DNA of 64,000 bases from Candidatus Peregrinibacteria bacterium. GTDB lineage: Bacteria > Patescibacteriota > Gracilibacteria > UBA1369. This document shows, piece by piece, positions 9,675 to 18,175 of this stretch. The translations under genes were made by a program, and so were the position numbers. Every line of letters begins with the position of its first letter. Position 1 is the first letter of the stretch. The stretch spans positions 608,001-672,000 of the forward strand of contig OY970195.1 of assembly GCA_963708185.1 (NCBI GenBank). The letters run 5' to 3'. The notes under the pieces were generated by a model. The model ran no database searches and had not been told where the DNA came from. It worked only from the letters and a program-made list of their open reading frames with translations.

Positions 9675-10706
9675 TTACGGACCGACGGTGCCGCTTGTGG
9701 GAAGTCCGACCGGCGCGCCTGTTCCCGCCGGCGTTGCCCCTGTTGAAGGGCCGATCTGGTTTTCCAGCTTGACGGTCGTGTTGACGATGCCGAACGCGGC
9801 CATGGCCAATAGTAAACCGATCGTTGCTTCGATAATGACTTTTTTCGCTTTTCCCGTAGCTTCTTCGTTTCCGAAAGCCGTGACATAAATGTAACCGCCA
9901 TAGACATACATGACCGCGGCGATGGTCGTCAGGAATCCTGAAATGAAGTTGGTGATGTTGATAATGAGCATTTTGGTTTTTTCCACGTCCGGAAGCTGGC
10001 TTCCCTGTTGCGGGAAGAGCACGTCTTTGACGCCGAATTCGGCGACGCCGATAAGCATGAGGCCCAGGACGGCATAAATGATCTGACGTTTTGATTTCGC
10101 CATAACTTCTTCGTTTCCACCGCTGCTGAGGTAACGAAAACCTGCAATCACGATCATCAATACAGCAACGGCACCCGAGAAATAGGCCATGACTTCATAA
10201 ATACCCTTGATCTGTGCTGAACCGGCCTGAGCAGCCTGTTGCAGTGTCGACTGACTGCTGAAAATTTCGCCCTGCTGCCCGAAGAAAACCTGGGTCACAA
10301 ACTCATTGGCGACGATAATAACGATCAATCCGATAATAGCGAATTTGATGTGATTTTTCTGTTTTTGCGCTTCTTCTTCGGTTGCTTTTCCGCCTGAGGT
10401 CACCAAACGCACTCCGGATATGATAATGGTAACGACCGCCACCGTTCCCATGGCGTATTTCGCAAAGTCCACGGCGTAGTAGATGGCACTGGTGATTCCG
10501 CTCGCTCCCGCTTCAATCGATGCGTTGGCGTGACCGGATGTTTCATAGCCGGGCAGGCTGGTCTGGTTTCCGACGTTGCGGATAATATCCGAAGCCGTCT
10601 GCGCGTTGGCCGGCACCACCAGCGTCAGCGCAACGCTCGTGGTGACCACGAAGAGCAACAGCGGTGCAAAAACGTATTTCCAGATTGAGGTGAGTCGGTT
10701 TTTCAT
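9675..10706 (-). CDS. Triple tandem TrbC/VirB2-like (T4SS pilin) protein
   Basis: Signal peptide (ANAQ) then three helix-G(N/K)xEE..KxK-helix units: SGGKATEEEAQKQK, SGGNEEVMAKSK, AFGNEEATGKAKK. Confidence 0.85.
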   Translation of the reverse strand: MKNRLTSIWKYVFAPLLLFVVTTSVALTLVVPANAQTASDIIRNVGNQTSLPGYETSGHANASIEAGASGITSAIYYAVDFAKYAMGTVAVVTIIISGVRLVTSGGKATEEEAQKQKNHIKFAIIGLIVIIVANEFVTQVFFGQQGEIFSSQSTLQQAAQAGSAQIKGIYEVMAYFSGAVAVLMIVIAGFRYLSSGGNEEVMAKSKRQIIYAVLGLMLIGVAEFGVKDVLFPQQGSQLPDVEKTKMLIINITNFISGFLTTIAAVMYVYGGYIYVTAFGNEEATGKAKKVIIEATIGLLLAMAAFGIVNTTVKLENQIGPSTGATPAGTGAPVGLPTSGTVGP

Positions 10707-10732
10707 TTTCGTTTGTTGTTTGTTGAGTTTTT

Positions 10733-11755
10733 TTATTGACCGGTGGGCTGGGTGACGGTTCCCACTCCACCCTGGAAGCTTCCGGAAATGATGGTACTTA
10801 CGATGGCGAAGGCGGCGTACATGATCAAGATCCCGGCGATGACGGCGAAAATGAGGCGTTTGGCTTTCCCCTGGCGCTCTTCGTTGCCTGCTGCGGTAAT
10901 GTACATGAATGCGGCATAAAGAAGCATCAGAATCGCCACAGGAGTGGCAATGGTGACGACGAGATTGGTGAATCCCGTTATTTCACTTACGCCCTGTGCG
11001 GCGTCGAAGCCGGGGGCGGCGCCGCCGACGCTCGGATATTTACTGAGATCGATCTTGTAAAAGACGGTATTGATGGCGGAATCTGCCATGATGATGAAAA
11101 GCAACCCGAGAATTCCGTAAAAAAGCGACTTCTTGTCCTCGGCAAGTTTTTCCTCGTTTCCCGCGGATGTGATCAAACGAAGACCGCTTCGGATAACCGA
11201 AAACACGGCGACGCTTCCGATGAGATACTTGATGAAGGTGATGATGAACTGCGTGCGTTGGTTGAAGAGCGTCGCGGAACGGACGATGGCGTTCGGTCCG
11301 TTCAAAAATCCTCCCTGCGTACAGGGCTGCTGGGTAATAAAATCTTTTCCAGTGCTTGAGCATCCCACGTTGAAAATTCTGGCAAGGTCTCCCGCGAAAC
11401 CCACGACGGCAAGACCAATGATGGCGTACATGATGTTTCTTTTCTGGGTCGTATATTCTTCTTCGTTTCCCTGCGCGATGACCAGACGTATACCCGCGTA
11501 AACCAACAGTGCGACTGCCACGGCTCCGATGATGTAGCGAACGTTATTCACGACCGCCACCATGAGGTTGTCGAATTTTTCATCGGCGGTGCTCCCGGCG
11601 ACCTGGGGAAGATTCGCATAATTTGAAGCGTCGGGAATAGGAAGAAGCGACGTGCTGTCCTGCGCCTGAGCACTGACGAGTACCGGAGCCGACAAGCTTG
11701 TCAGCACGGCGGCCATCAGAGCGAGTGCGAGAAAAAATTGTTTCAACGTCTTCAT
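10733..11755 (-). CDS. Triple tandem TrbC/VirB2-like (T4SS pilin) protein
   Basis: Signal peptide (SAQA) then three units: AQGNEEEYTTQK, SAGNEEKLAEDKK, AAGNEERQGKAK. Confidence 0.85.
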   Translation of the reverse strand: MKTLKQFFLALALMAAVLTSLSAPVLVSAQAQDSTSLLPIPDASNYANLPQVAGSTADEKFDNLMVAVVNNVRYIIGAVAVALLVYAGIRLVIAQGNEEEYTTQKRNIMYAIIGLAVVGFAGDLARIFNVGCSSTGKDFITQQPCTQGGFLNGPNAIVRSATLFNQRTQFIITFIKYLIGSVAVFSVIRSGLRLITSAGNEEKLAEDKKSLFYGILGLLFIIMADSAINTVFYKIDLSKYPSVGGAAPGFDAAQGVSEITGFTNLVVTIATPVAILMLLYAAFMYITAAGNEERQGKAKRLIFAVIAGILIMYAAFAIVSTIISGSFQGGVGTVTQPTGQ

Positions 11756-11787
11756 ACGCGCTTACAAAAATACAAAAATATCTTTTA

Positions 11788-11796
11788 ATTATAGCA
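11788..11796 (-). promoter_or_regulatory. Extended -10 promoter (TGCTATAAT) of the pilin cluster
   Basis: Perfect TGnTATAAT about 32 nt upstream of the ATG at 11755. Confidence 0.65.
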
Positions 11797-11876
11797 GAAA
11801 AAGGTCATTTTTGCAAAGGTGGTTTGGCGGATGATGTATAATATTTTAGAAAGTTTCCTTCAGCTCATTTGAAGTT

Positions 11877-12137
11877 ATGTCTCCCATCAAAATTCTTGTT
11901 TTCATGCTCTTCGTCATCTTCGGACTGGCAATTTTCCCCATGATGATTTCTGTTTTCTTGTTCCTTGAAACCGCCATCGGCAATCAGGATCTGGGAATCG
12001 TCGCTTTCCTGAGGGAACAGTACTGGTACGTCGTCGCTGGCGTGTGGATATTCGCAGCTGCCGGAATAGCGTTCGCTTTGCCCGCGATGCTCAAGAGCGG
12101 TTTTTTTAACGACATCGACAGCGATGATAAAAAATAA
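11877..12137 (+). CDS. Small 2-TM hypothetical membrane protein
   Basis: 86-aa ORF with two hydrophobic helices; TGTATAAT upstream. Confidence 0.65.
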   Translation: MSPIKILVFMLFVIFGLAIFPMMISVFLFLETAIGNQDLGIVAFLREQYWYVVAGVWIFAAAGIAFALPAMLKSGFFNDIDSDDKK

Positions 12138-12238
12138 AATTTTCCAGGCACAATTTCCTTGCCATAAGAACAAATCCGCTGTATATTTCTCTCGTTTCGG
12201 GGGCTTTTTAACTGCACACTTTTTTTCTACTTGTAACC

Positions 12239-12619
12239 ATGTCAGAACCTAAGTCAGAATCCAAAAAATCCAAAAAAAATCCCATCGTCGCATACTTTCA
12301 GGACAGCTACGAAGAACTGAAAAAAGTGACTTGGCCTACAAGAAACCAGGCGATAAAGCTTACATTCATCGTTATCGGTTTTTGCGTGGTACTCGCATTT
12401 TTCCTTGGAGCTCTCGATTTCGCATTCAACTACGGCTATCGCGCGCTCGTGGATTATTCAACCAAGGTCGCTCCGCCGACAACCACCCAAACTCCCGTGA
12501 CGAACCAGGTTGCTACCGGCGAACCGACTTCGACCGTCGATCTTTCCAAGTTAAAGGTTGAACCGACTTCTGCTCCGGTCAGTGATGTCACCGTTACTCC
12601 GGGTTCGACTCAACAATAA
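12239..12619 (+). CDS. secE: Preprotein translocase SecE with T/P-rich C-terminal extension
   Basis: ELKKVTWPTR motif plus TM; directly upstream of nusG. Confidence 0.95.
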   Translation: MSEPKSESKKSKKNPIVAYFQDSYEELKKVTWPTRNQAIKLTFIVIGFCVVLAFFLGALDFAFNYGYRALVDYSTKVAPPTTTQTPVTNQVATGEPTSTVDLSKLKVEPTSAPVSDVTVTPGSTQQ

Positions 12620-12638
12620 TCTTAATTTCGTCCACACT

Positions 12639-13184
12639 ATGCCAAAACAAGCACCCGGTACAGGCCGCCATTGGTATGTTGTCCACACCTACTCTGGGTA
12701 TGAAGATGCGGTGAGGGAAGCACTTCTCCAGCGCGTTGAATCTTTGGGAATGCAGGATTTGATTTTCGATGTCGTCGTTCCGAAAGAGACTCAGATCGTC
12801 ATTAAAAAGGGAGAACCAAAGACTGAAAAGAAACGCATTTTTCCGGGTTACGTTCTTGTGGACATGATCGTGACCGATGATTCCTGGTATGTTGTCCGCA
12901 ATACTCCGAACGTCACAGGATTCGTCGGTGCTGGAACCACTCCGGTTCCGGTTTCTCCAGAAGAGTTCCAACTCGTAAAAAAACACATGGGTGAGGCCGA
13001 ACCCAAGTTCAAGATCGATTTTGCTGTCGGTGACCATGTGGTCATTCTTGACGGTCCTTTCGTCAACTACGACGGCGTCGTGAACAAAGTCGATGAGGAG
13101 AAAGGCAAAATCAAGGTACTCATTACGATTTTCGGTCGTGAAACGCCCGTGGAACTTGATTTTACCCAGGTCAAGAAAAAATAA
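12639..13184 (+). CDS. nusG: Transcription termination/antitermination factor NusG
   Basis: WYVVHTYSGYE, FPGYVLV, KOW motif, IFGRETPVEL; start trimmed to ATG 12639. Confidence 0.98.
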   Translation: MPKQAPGTGRHWYVVHTYSGYEDAVREALLQRVESLGMQDLIFDVVVPKETQIVIKKGEPKTEKKRIFPGYVLVDMIVTDDSWYVVRNTPNVTGFVGAGTTPVPVSPEEFQLVKKHMGEAEPKFKIDFAVGDHVVILDGPFVNYDGVVNKVDEEKGKIKVLITIFGRETPVELDFTQVKKK

Positions 13185-13243
13185 ACTTCCGGAAGATCAG
13201 AGCACCGCGAATCTGGAGCTTTGTTTGGCTTTTAACCTCCGGC

Positions 13244-13867
13244 ATGAACAAATTTACTCTTTTCACACTTTTTCTTTCTTCGATCATCATCGTGATCGTC
13301 GCGGAAATTCTTGTGAACGAATATTTGCGAACTCCCTACAGTCTTGAAGGTGCCGCAAATATTTTTCAGGCCCAACAGGCGGATTCCCCTTCCCAACAAA
13401 CCGCCACGGCCGCCCAGGGTTCAAGCCAGGCTGTTGCAGCTTCTTCGGGCTCGTTAAGCATTGAACTCCTTCAAAAATCCGGTCTTCAGGACTATACCCT
13501 TCAATCCCAACCATACGGAGGCGAGCTACTGGACAAGATTCCTTTCACCGATTTGAACTTCATTCCAACCTTTGAATCCCACCTGATGAAAAACCAGGTG
13601 GCACGGGTGGCAAGTTTCTACGAGTTCCAGCCCGGTTCGATCCAATCGGCCCAGGAAGTTTACAACCTGCTGAAACAGAAAACTTCAAGCGAAGTCGGAG
13701 TCATTCTCAACGAGACGAACAGTTTCGAAGACCAGTCCTTTTACGTGAACTATTTCGAGTATCCAGACAAGGTGTTTTTGGTCTTCCGCAAAGGCACAAA
13801 TGTCTTCGCCTATACCTACAGCAAGGAACTGCACCCGCAGATCACGAAACTGATCGGACTTTTATAG
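13244..13867 (+). CDS. Hypothetical protein with N-terminal TM anchor
   Basis: 207-aa ORF filling the nusG-rplK gap; hydrophobic residues 4-24. Confidence 0.75.
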   Translation: MNKFTLFTLFLSSIIIVIVAEILVNEYLRTPYSLEGAANIFQAQQADSPSQQTATAAQGSSQAVAASSGSLSIELLQKSGLQDYTLQSQPYGGELLDKIPFTDLNFIPTFESHLMKNQVARVASFYEFQPGSIQSAQEVYNLLKQKTSSEVGVILNETNSFEDQSFYVNYFEYPDKVFLVFRKGTNVFAYTYSKELHPQITKLIGLL

Positions 13868-13993
13868 CTTGAATCAGGCCAAATGCACTTGCTTTTGGCA
13901 TTAAAAATCATTAGAGTGTTTTGGCAAAAACTGTTACGCTTTGCTTCAAAAACGCTTCTTTTCATTTCATAGTTTTTAATCCCCGAAAAGGTT

Positions 13994-14419
13994 ATGGCAA
14001 AAGAACTACTTACCGTCATCAAACTCCAGATTGCCGCAGGGAAGGCAAATCCGGCACCTCCGATCGGCCCAGCTCTCGGTCAGCACGGCCTGAACATTCC
14101 CGATTTCTGCAACAAATTCAACAACGCGACCAAAGCCATGGGAGACACCATCGTCCCCGTTGAAATCTCTGTCTTCAAGGATAAGAGTTTCACCTTCATC
14201 ATGAAGACCCCTCCGGCTTCGATACTCATTTTGAAGGCTCTCGGCCTGCAGAAAGGTTCCGGCGAACCCAACAAGAATAAGATCGGCACGATCACCAAAG
14301 CCCAGCTGCGTGAGATCGCCGAGAAGAAAATGCCCGATCTCAACTGTCACGATGTTGAAGCGGCTATGCGCACCGTTGCCGGTACAGCCCGAAATATGGG
14401 CGTGAAAGTCGAAGAGTAA
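13994..14419 (+). CDS. rplK: 50S ribosomal protein L11
   Basis: [18 protein letters not shown]; GTARNMG. Confidence 0.99.
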   Translation: MAKELLTVIKLQIAAGKANPAPPIGPALGQHGLNIPDFCNKFNNATKAMGDTIVPVEISVFKDKSFTFIMKTPPASILILKALGLQKGSGEPNKNKIGTITKAQLREIAEKKMPDLNCHDVEAAMRTVAGTARNMGVKVEE

Positions 14420-14437
14420 TCTTCTTTCTATTTTTCC

Positions 14438-14890
14438 ATGCCAAACGTCAAAGCACAGCAAAAACCCAAAGGTGGCGCCATGCGGATCATCCGCAACGTC
14501 TATCTTTATCTCGTCACCCTTATCGGGCTGATCACTTTCATTTTCGGCTCGGTCGGGATCATCAATAATGTGCTGCAGCGCTACGTTTTCCAGGTTGATC
14601 AGGGCAGTATTTATACCGCTCCGGTCTATCCGGGATACCGGGACCAGTGTTCGTCCTCTTATCCGGACCCGAATGATCCACAGGGGAAAATGATGATCTC
14701 GCCAACCACTCAGGAGATTACTGACTGCAGAAAATCCCAAGACGAACAGAACAAGCGTATCAACGATTCAAATTTCGGACGTGACCTCTCGATTTCTCTG
14801 GCTCAAATTGTCATCGGTCTTCCCATCTGGCTCTTCCACTGGGGCATTATCCAGAAAGAGTACCGACGGAGGGAAGAACATGAAGTATAA
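14438..14890 (+). CDS. DUF5671-like 2-TM membrane protein
   Basis: IRNVYLYLVTLIGL...LAQIVIGLPIWLFHW pattern; Cys pair in the loop. Confidence 0.7.
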   Translation: MPNVKAQQKPKGGAMRIIRNVYLYLVTLIGLITFIFGSVGIINNVLQRYVFQVDQGSIYTAPVYPGYRDQCSSSYPDPNDPQGKMMISPTTQEITDCRKSQDEQNKRINDSNFGRDLSISLAQIVIGLPIWLFHWGIIQKEYRRREEHEV

Positions 14891-14905
14891 TTTTTCATTA
14901 TCACA

Positions 14906-14935
14906 GTGGGAGGCCCCGAAGGCCGTTATCACCAC
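14906..14935 (+). promoter_or_regulatory. L1 autoregulatory RNA leader upstream of rplA
   Basis: GTGGGAG-GCC-CCGAA-GGC-CGTTATC-ACCAC, the GTGGGAG...ACCAC L1-binding architecture, 16 nt before the rplA ATG. Confidence 0.7.
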
Positions 14936-14951
14936 GCAATCACACTTTATT

Positions 14952-15656
14952 ATGTCCAAACACGGTAAAAAATACGAAGCAGCGGTCAAGCTGACCGAAG
15001 GAAAAACTGCTTACACCATTGATGAAGCAATCGGGCTTTTGAAGAACACTTCCACGACGAAGTTTGATCCGAGTTGCGAAATCCATATCCGCCTCGGAGT
15101 CGACCCGACCCACGCCGACCAGATGGTTCGTTCCACGGTCGCTCTCCCTCACGGGACCGGTAAAAAAGTCCGGGTGATCGCTTTCGTCGGCGAAGATAAG
15201 GTCAAGGAAGCAACGGCTGCCGGAGCATCACGAGCCGGAATGGAAGACCTGATCAACGACATCAGCAAAGGGTTCCTTGATTTCGACGTTGCCGTTGCGA
15301 CGCCTGACGCCATGAAAAATCTCGGAAAAATCGCAAAAATTTTGGGAACCAAAGGTCTCATGCCAAATCCAAAAGCCGGGACCGTAACCGTTGAAATCGC
15401 TAAAACCATCGGTGAGATCATCAAGGGTAAGGTTGAGTACCGCACCGACAAACAGGGACAAATCCACCAGATCTTCGGAAAAGCTTCCTTCAACGAACCA
15501 GATCTGAAAGCGAATTTCATCACTTTCGTCAAAGCGGTTACCGACAACAAACCGGCCGCCGTGAAAGGAACGTACATCAAGAACATCAGCGTCGCCAATT
15601 CCATGGGGCCGGGCATCACGCTGGATGTCAGCGACGTTATGTCAGCCGTAAAATAG
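14952..15656 (+). CDS. rplA: 50S ribosomal protein L1
   Basis: MSKHGKKY, LGVDP, LPHGTGK, GLMPNPKAGTV, SMGPG. Confidence 0.99.
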   Translation: MSKHGKKYEAAVKLTEGKTAYTIDEAIGLLKNTSTTKFDPSCEIHIRLGVDPTHADQMVRSTVALPHGTGKKVRVIAFVGEDKVKEATAAGASRAGMEDLINDISKGFLDFDVAVATPDAMKNLGKIAKILGTKGLMPNPKAGTVTVEIAKTIGEIIKGKVEYRTDKQGQIHQIFGKASFNEPDLKANFITFVKAVTDNKPAAVKGTYIKNISVANSMGPGITLDVSDVMSAVK

Positions 15657-15670
15657 TGTTTCAATTGAAG

Positions 15671-15702
15671 AAAAAAGAGCCCGACATATCGGGCTCTTTT
15701 TT
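15671..15702. terminator. Bidirectional Rho-independent terminator
   Basis: AAAAAAGAGCCCGA-CATA-TCGGGCTCTTTTTT between convergent genes. Confidence 0.9.
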
Positions 15703-15719
15703 GATCTCTTCATTGAGTT

Positions 15720-16022
15720 CTACTGTACTTGTTGACTGACGCTTACCGCGCCTTCCGATCCGCATTTATCATAGACCAAATTATCGTAACTGGTCTGACC
15801 GGGCGGATAATAGATTTCATAGCTTTCACCGTTCTTGCAGTTGACGATGATGGTGTTGTCGTCTTTGGTCTGTACGTTTTCGACCGTAGAGGATTTCTCA
15901 AGATCGCGAATGTTATTGTCGAGGCTGCTGTGTCCGCTTCCGAAATAGTATATCGCCGCGATCAGAGCAATTCCAAGAGCGATAAACAAGGGAAGATATT
16001 TTTTCAATTCATCTTTGTGCAT
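15720..16022 (-). CDS. Small membrane-anchored hypothetical protein
   Basis: 100 aa; N-terminal TM; two Cys. Confidence 0.7.
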   Translation of the reverse strand: MHKDELKKYLPLFIALGIALIAAIYYFGSGHSSLDNNIRDLEKSSTVENVQTKDDNTIIVNCKNGESYEIYYPPGQTSYDNLVYDKCGSEGAVSVSQQVQ

Positions 16023-16122
16023 GATAGAAGTTTACCATGCGAGGTTTTCACCACCAATGAAAAAATTTTCGTGCAATATTGCTCATTGTACGCTAAGGTG
16101 GATGAAGATTTTTTCGTTCTCC

Positions 16123-16563
16123 ATGAAAGTGAAGATTCATCGCGTCGACAAAGGCCTTCCACTGCCGGTTTATGAAACCGAAGGTGCGGTCGGTTTTGAT
16201 ATCCTTGCCCGAGAAAACGTCACCATACCGCCACGAAACGTCGCTCTTATACCAGGAAACATCATCGTGGAGGTTCCCGAGAACTACATGCTTGTCGTGG
16301 CATCGCGCAGTTCAACACCCAAAAAAAAGGGCCTCTTAACGCCTCACGGCATCGGCATCATCGATCATGACTACTGCGGTCCGGAGGACGAAATTAAGAT
16401 CCAGGTTTATAATTTTCTGGACCAGGGTGTTATCATCCAACGTGGAGAAAAGATTGCCCAAGGGGTTTTCGTCCATATTGATAAGTTTGACTGGGACGAG
16501 ACGGAAGCCATGCAAAAAACCAGCCGAGGCGGTTTTGGGAGCACAGGAGGACATGCTGAATAA
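16123..16563 (+). CDS. dut: dUTP diphosphatase
   Basis: AVGFDI, SRSS, GIIDHDYCG, IAQG and RGGFGSTG motifs. Confidence 0.96.
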   Translation: MKVKIHRVDKGLPLPVYETEGAVGFDILARENVTIPPRNVALIPGNIIVEVPENYMLVVASRSSTPKKKGLLTPHGIGIIDHDYCGPEDEIKIQVYNFLDQGVIIQRGEKIAQGVFVHIDKFDWDETEAMQKTSRGGFGSTGGHAE

Positions 16564-16593
16564 TTTTCTTATACTTGTATAATATTTTTATAC

Positions 16594-17199
16594 ATGAGGA
16601 AAGGCCTTTTTATAGCAGTATACGGGGTAAATAATATAGGAAAATCTACACACTGCAGAATTCTCAGTGAACGTTTAAAACGTGAAGGGTACGACGTCGT
16701 CACGCTTAAATATCCGATTTATGATCTGGAACCGACTGGTTCCCAGCTCAATGCCATTTTAAGGGGCGGAGAGAAGCAGGATATCCTTGAAGAAGAGCTT
16801 CAAAGGCTTTTTACACAAAACCGCAGGGATTTTGAACCTCAACTCAGGAAATACCTTGATGAAGGTAAAATCGTCGTGGCCGAAGACTACACGGGAACAG
16901 GTATTGCCTGGGGTATGGCGAAGGGCCTTTCACTGGAAATGATGGAGAAATTGAATGAAGGACTGCTCAAGGAAGATTTTTCGCTGCTCATGATCGGTCA
17001 TCGTGATGTTCACGCAACGGAAAAGCATCATATCCATGAGCAAAATTCTGAATTACTTTCATCTGTGAGTAAAATTTTTGTTCAGCTTGGAGAGCGTTAC
17101 CATTGGCATTTTATCCAGCTCCAACAAGGCATACCTGACACCGCGGACCTGATCTGGAAGAGCGTTCACGATTTTCTTCAGCAGCACCATCGTCAATAG
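16594..17199 (+). CDS. tmk: Thymidylate kinase (divergent)
   Basis: P-loop GVNNIGKST; KYP; EDY replaces DRY; adjacent to dut. Confidence 0.8.
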   Translation: MRKGLFIAVYGVNNIGKSTHCRILSERLKREGYDVVTLKYPIYDLEPTGSQLNAILRGGEKQDILEEELQRLFTQNRRDFEPQLRKYLDEGKIVVAEDYTGTGIAWGMAKGLSLEMMEKLNEGLLKEDFSLLMIGHRDVHATEKHHIHEQNSELLSSVSKIFVQLGERYHWHFIQLQQGIPDTADLIWKSVHDFLQQHHRQ

Positions 17200-17298
17200 C
17201 ATTGGTTTTTCCCTCAGCTTTCCTTGAAATTCGCACCTTAAAGTGTTAGCATTGCAGCGCTTTCTCTTTTTGAGATCTCTTCATTTTTTCGTTTCTCC

Positions 17299-18165
17299 AT
17301 GCAGCTCCTGGATGGAAAAAAGGTCGCCTCGGAACTTTACACTAAACTCCAAGGGAAAGTTGCGGCCTTACAAGAGAAGGGACTCACTCCCAAACTGGTT
17401 ATCGTTTTAGTCGGAGACGACCCGGCATCTTTATCGTACATCAAACAAAAACGCAAAGCGTCGGAACTGACGGGAATCGTTTCCGAGCTCATGCATTTAC
17501 AACCGGATGAGGTTGATACCGAGAGTATGATCGAACTCGTCCAAAAATTGAACAATGATCCTGATGTCAACGGTTTTATCGTGCAGCTTCCCCTTCCCAA
17601 ACATGTGGATACGCCGAAGGTTCTCAAAGCGGTGGATCCCAAAAAGGACGTTGACGGTTTTACCGCCTATAACCTGGGAAAAATGTTTTTGAGCACAGAA
17701 TTTGAAGACCTGGCTCCCTGCACCCCGCTCGGGGTCATCCGCCTACTGGAATACTACGATATCGCCGTACGGGGCCTTGAAGTGACGATGGTCGGAGCAA
17801 GCAATACTGTGGGAAAGCCTCTTGCGATCATGCTTCAAAACCGGGGAGCCACGGTGACGATATGCAACAGCAAAACCAAGGACCTTGCATCTCATACCAA
17901 GTCAGCGGATCTTTTGGTTGTGGCCGTCGGTAAAGAAAAACTTATCACCAAAGATATGGTCGCAGACGGAGCCGTGGTCGTCGATGTCGGGATCAACCGC
18001 AACAAAGAAGGGAAACTCGTCGGTGACGTGGATTTTGATGATGTGTCGCCCAAATGTAAATTTATTACTCCGGTTCCGGGAGGCTGCGGGCCAATGACGG
18101 TCGCCTGTCTCATGGAAAATGTCGTTCACGCGGTTCTCAAACAACATCCGCATTTTGATTCTTAA
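17299..18165 (+). CDS. folD: Methylenetetrahydrofolate dehydrogenase/cyclohydrolase
   Basis: VQLPLP, KDVDG, PCTPLG, ITPVPGGCGPMT. Confidence 0.98.
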   Translation: MQLLDGKKVASELYTKLQGKVAALQEKGLTPKLVIVLVGDDPASLSYIKQKRKASELTGIVSELMHLQPDEVDTESMIELVQKLNNDPDVNGFIVQLPLPKHVDTPKVLKAVDPKKDVDGFTAYNLGKMFLSTEFEDLAPCTPLGVIRLLEYYDIAVRGLEVTMVGASNTVGKPLAIMLQNRGATVTICNSKTKDLASHTKSADLLVVAVGKEKLITKDMVADGAVVVDVGINRNKEGKLVGDVDFDDVSPKCKFITPVPGGCGPMTVACLMENVVHAVLKQHPHFDS

Positions 18166-18175
18166 CCTTCGCTGT

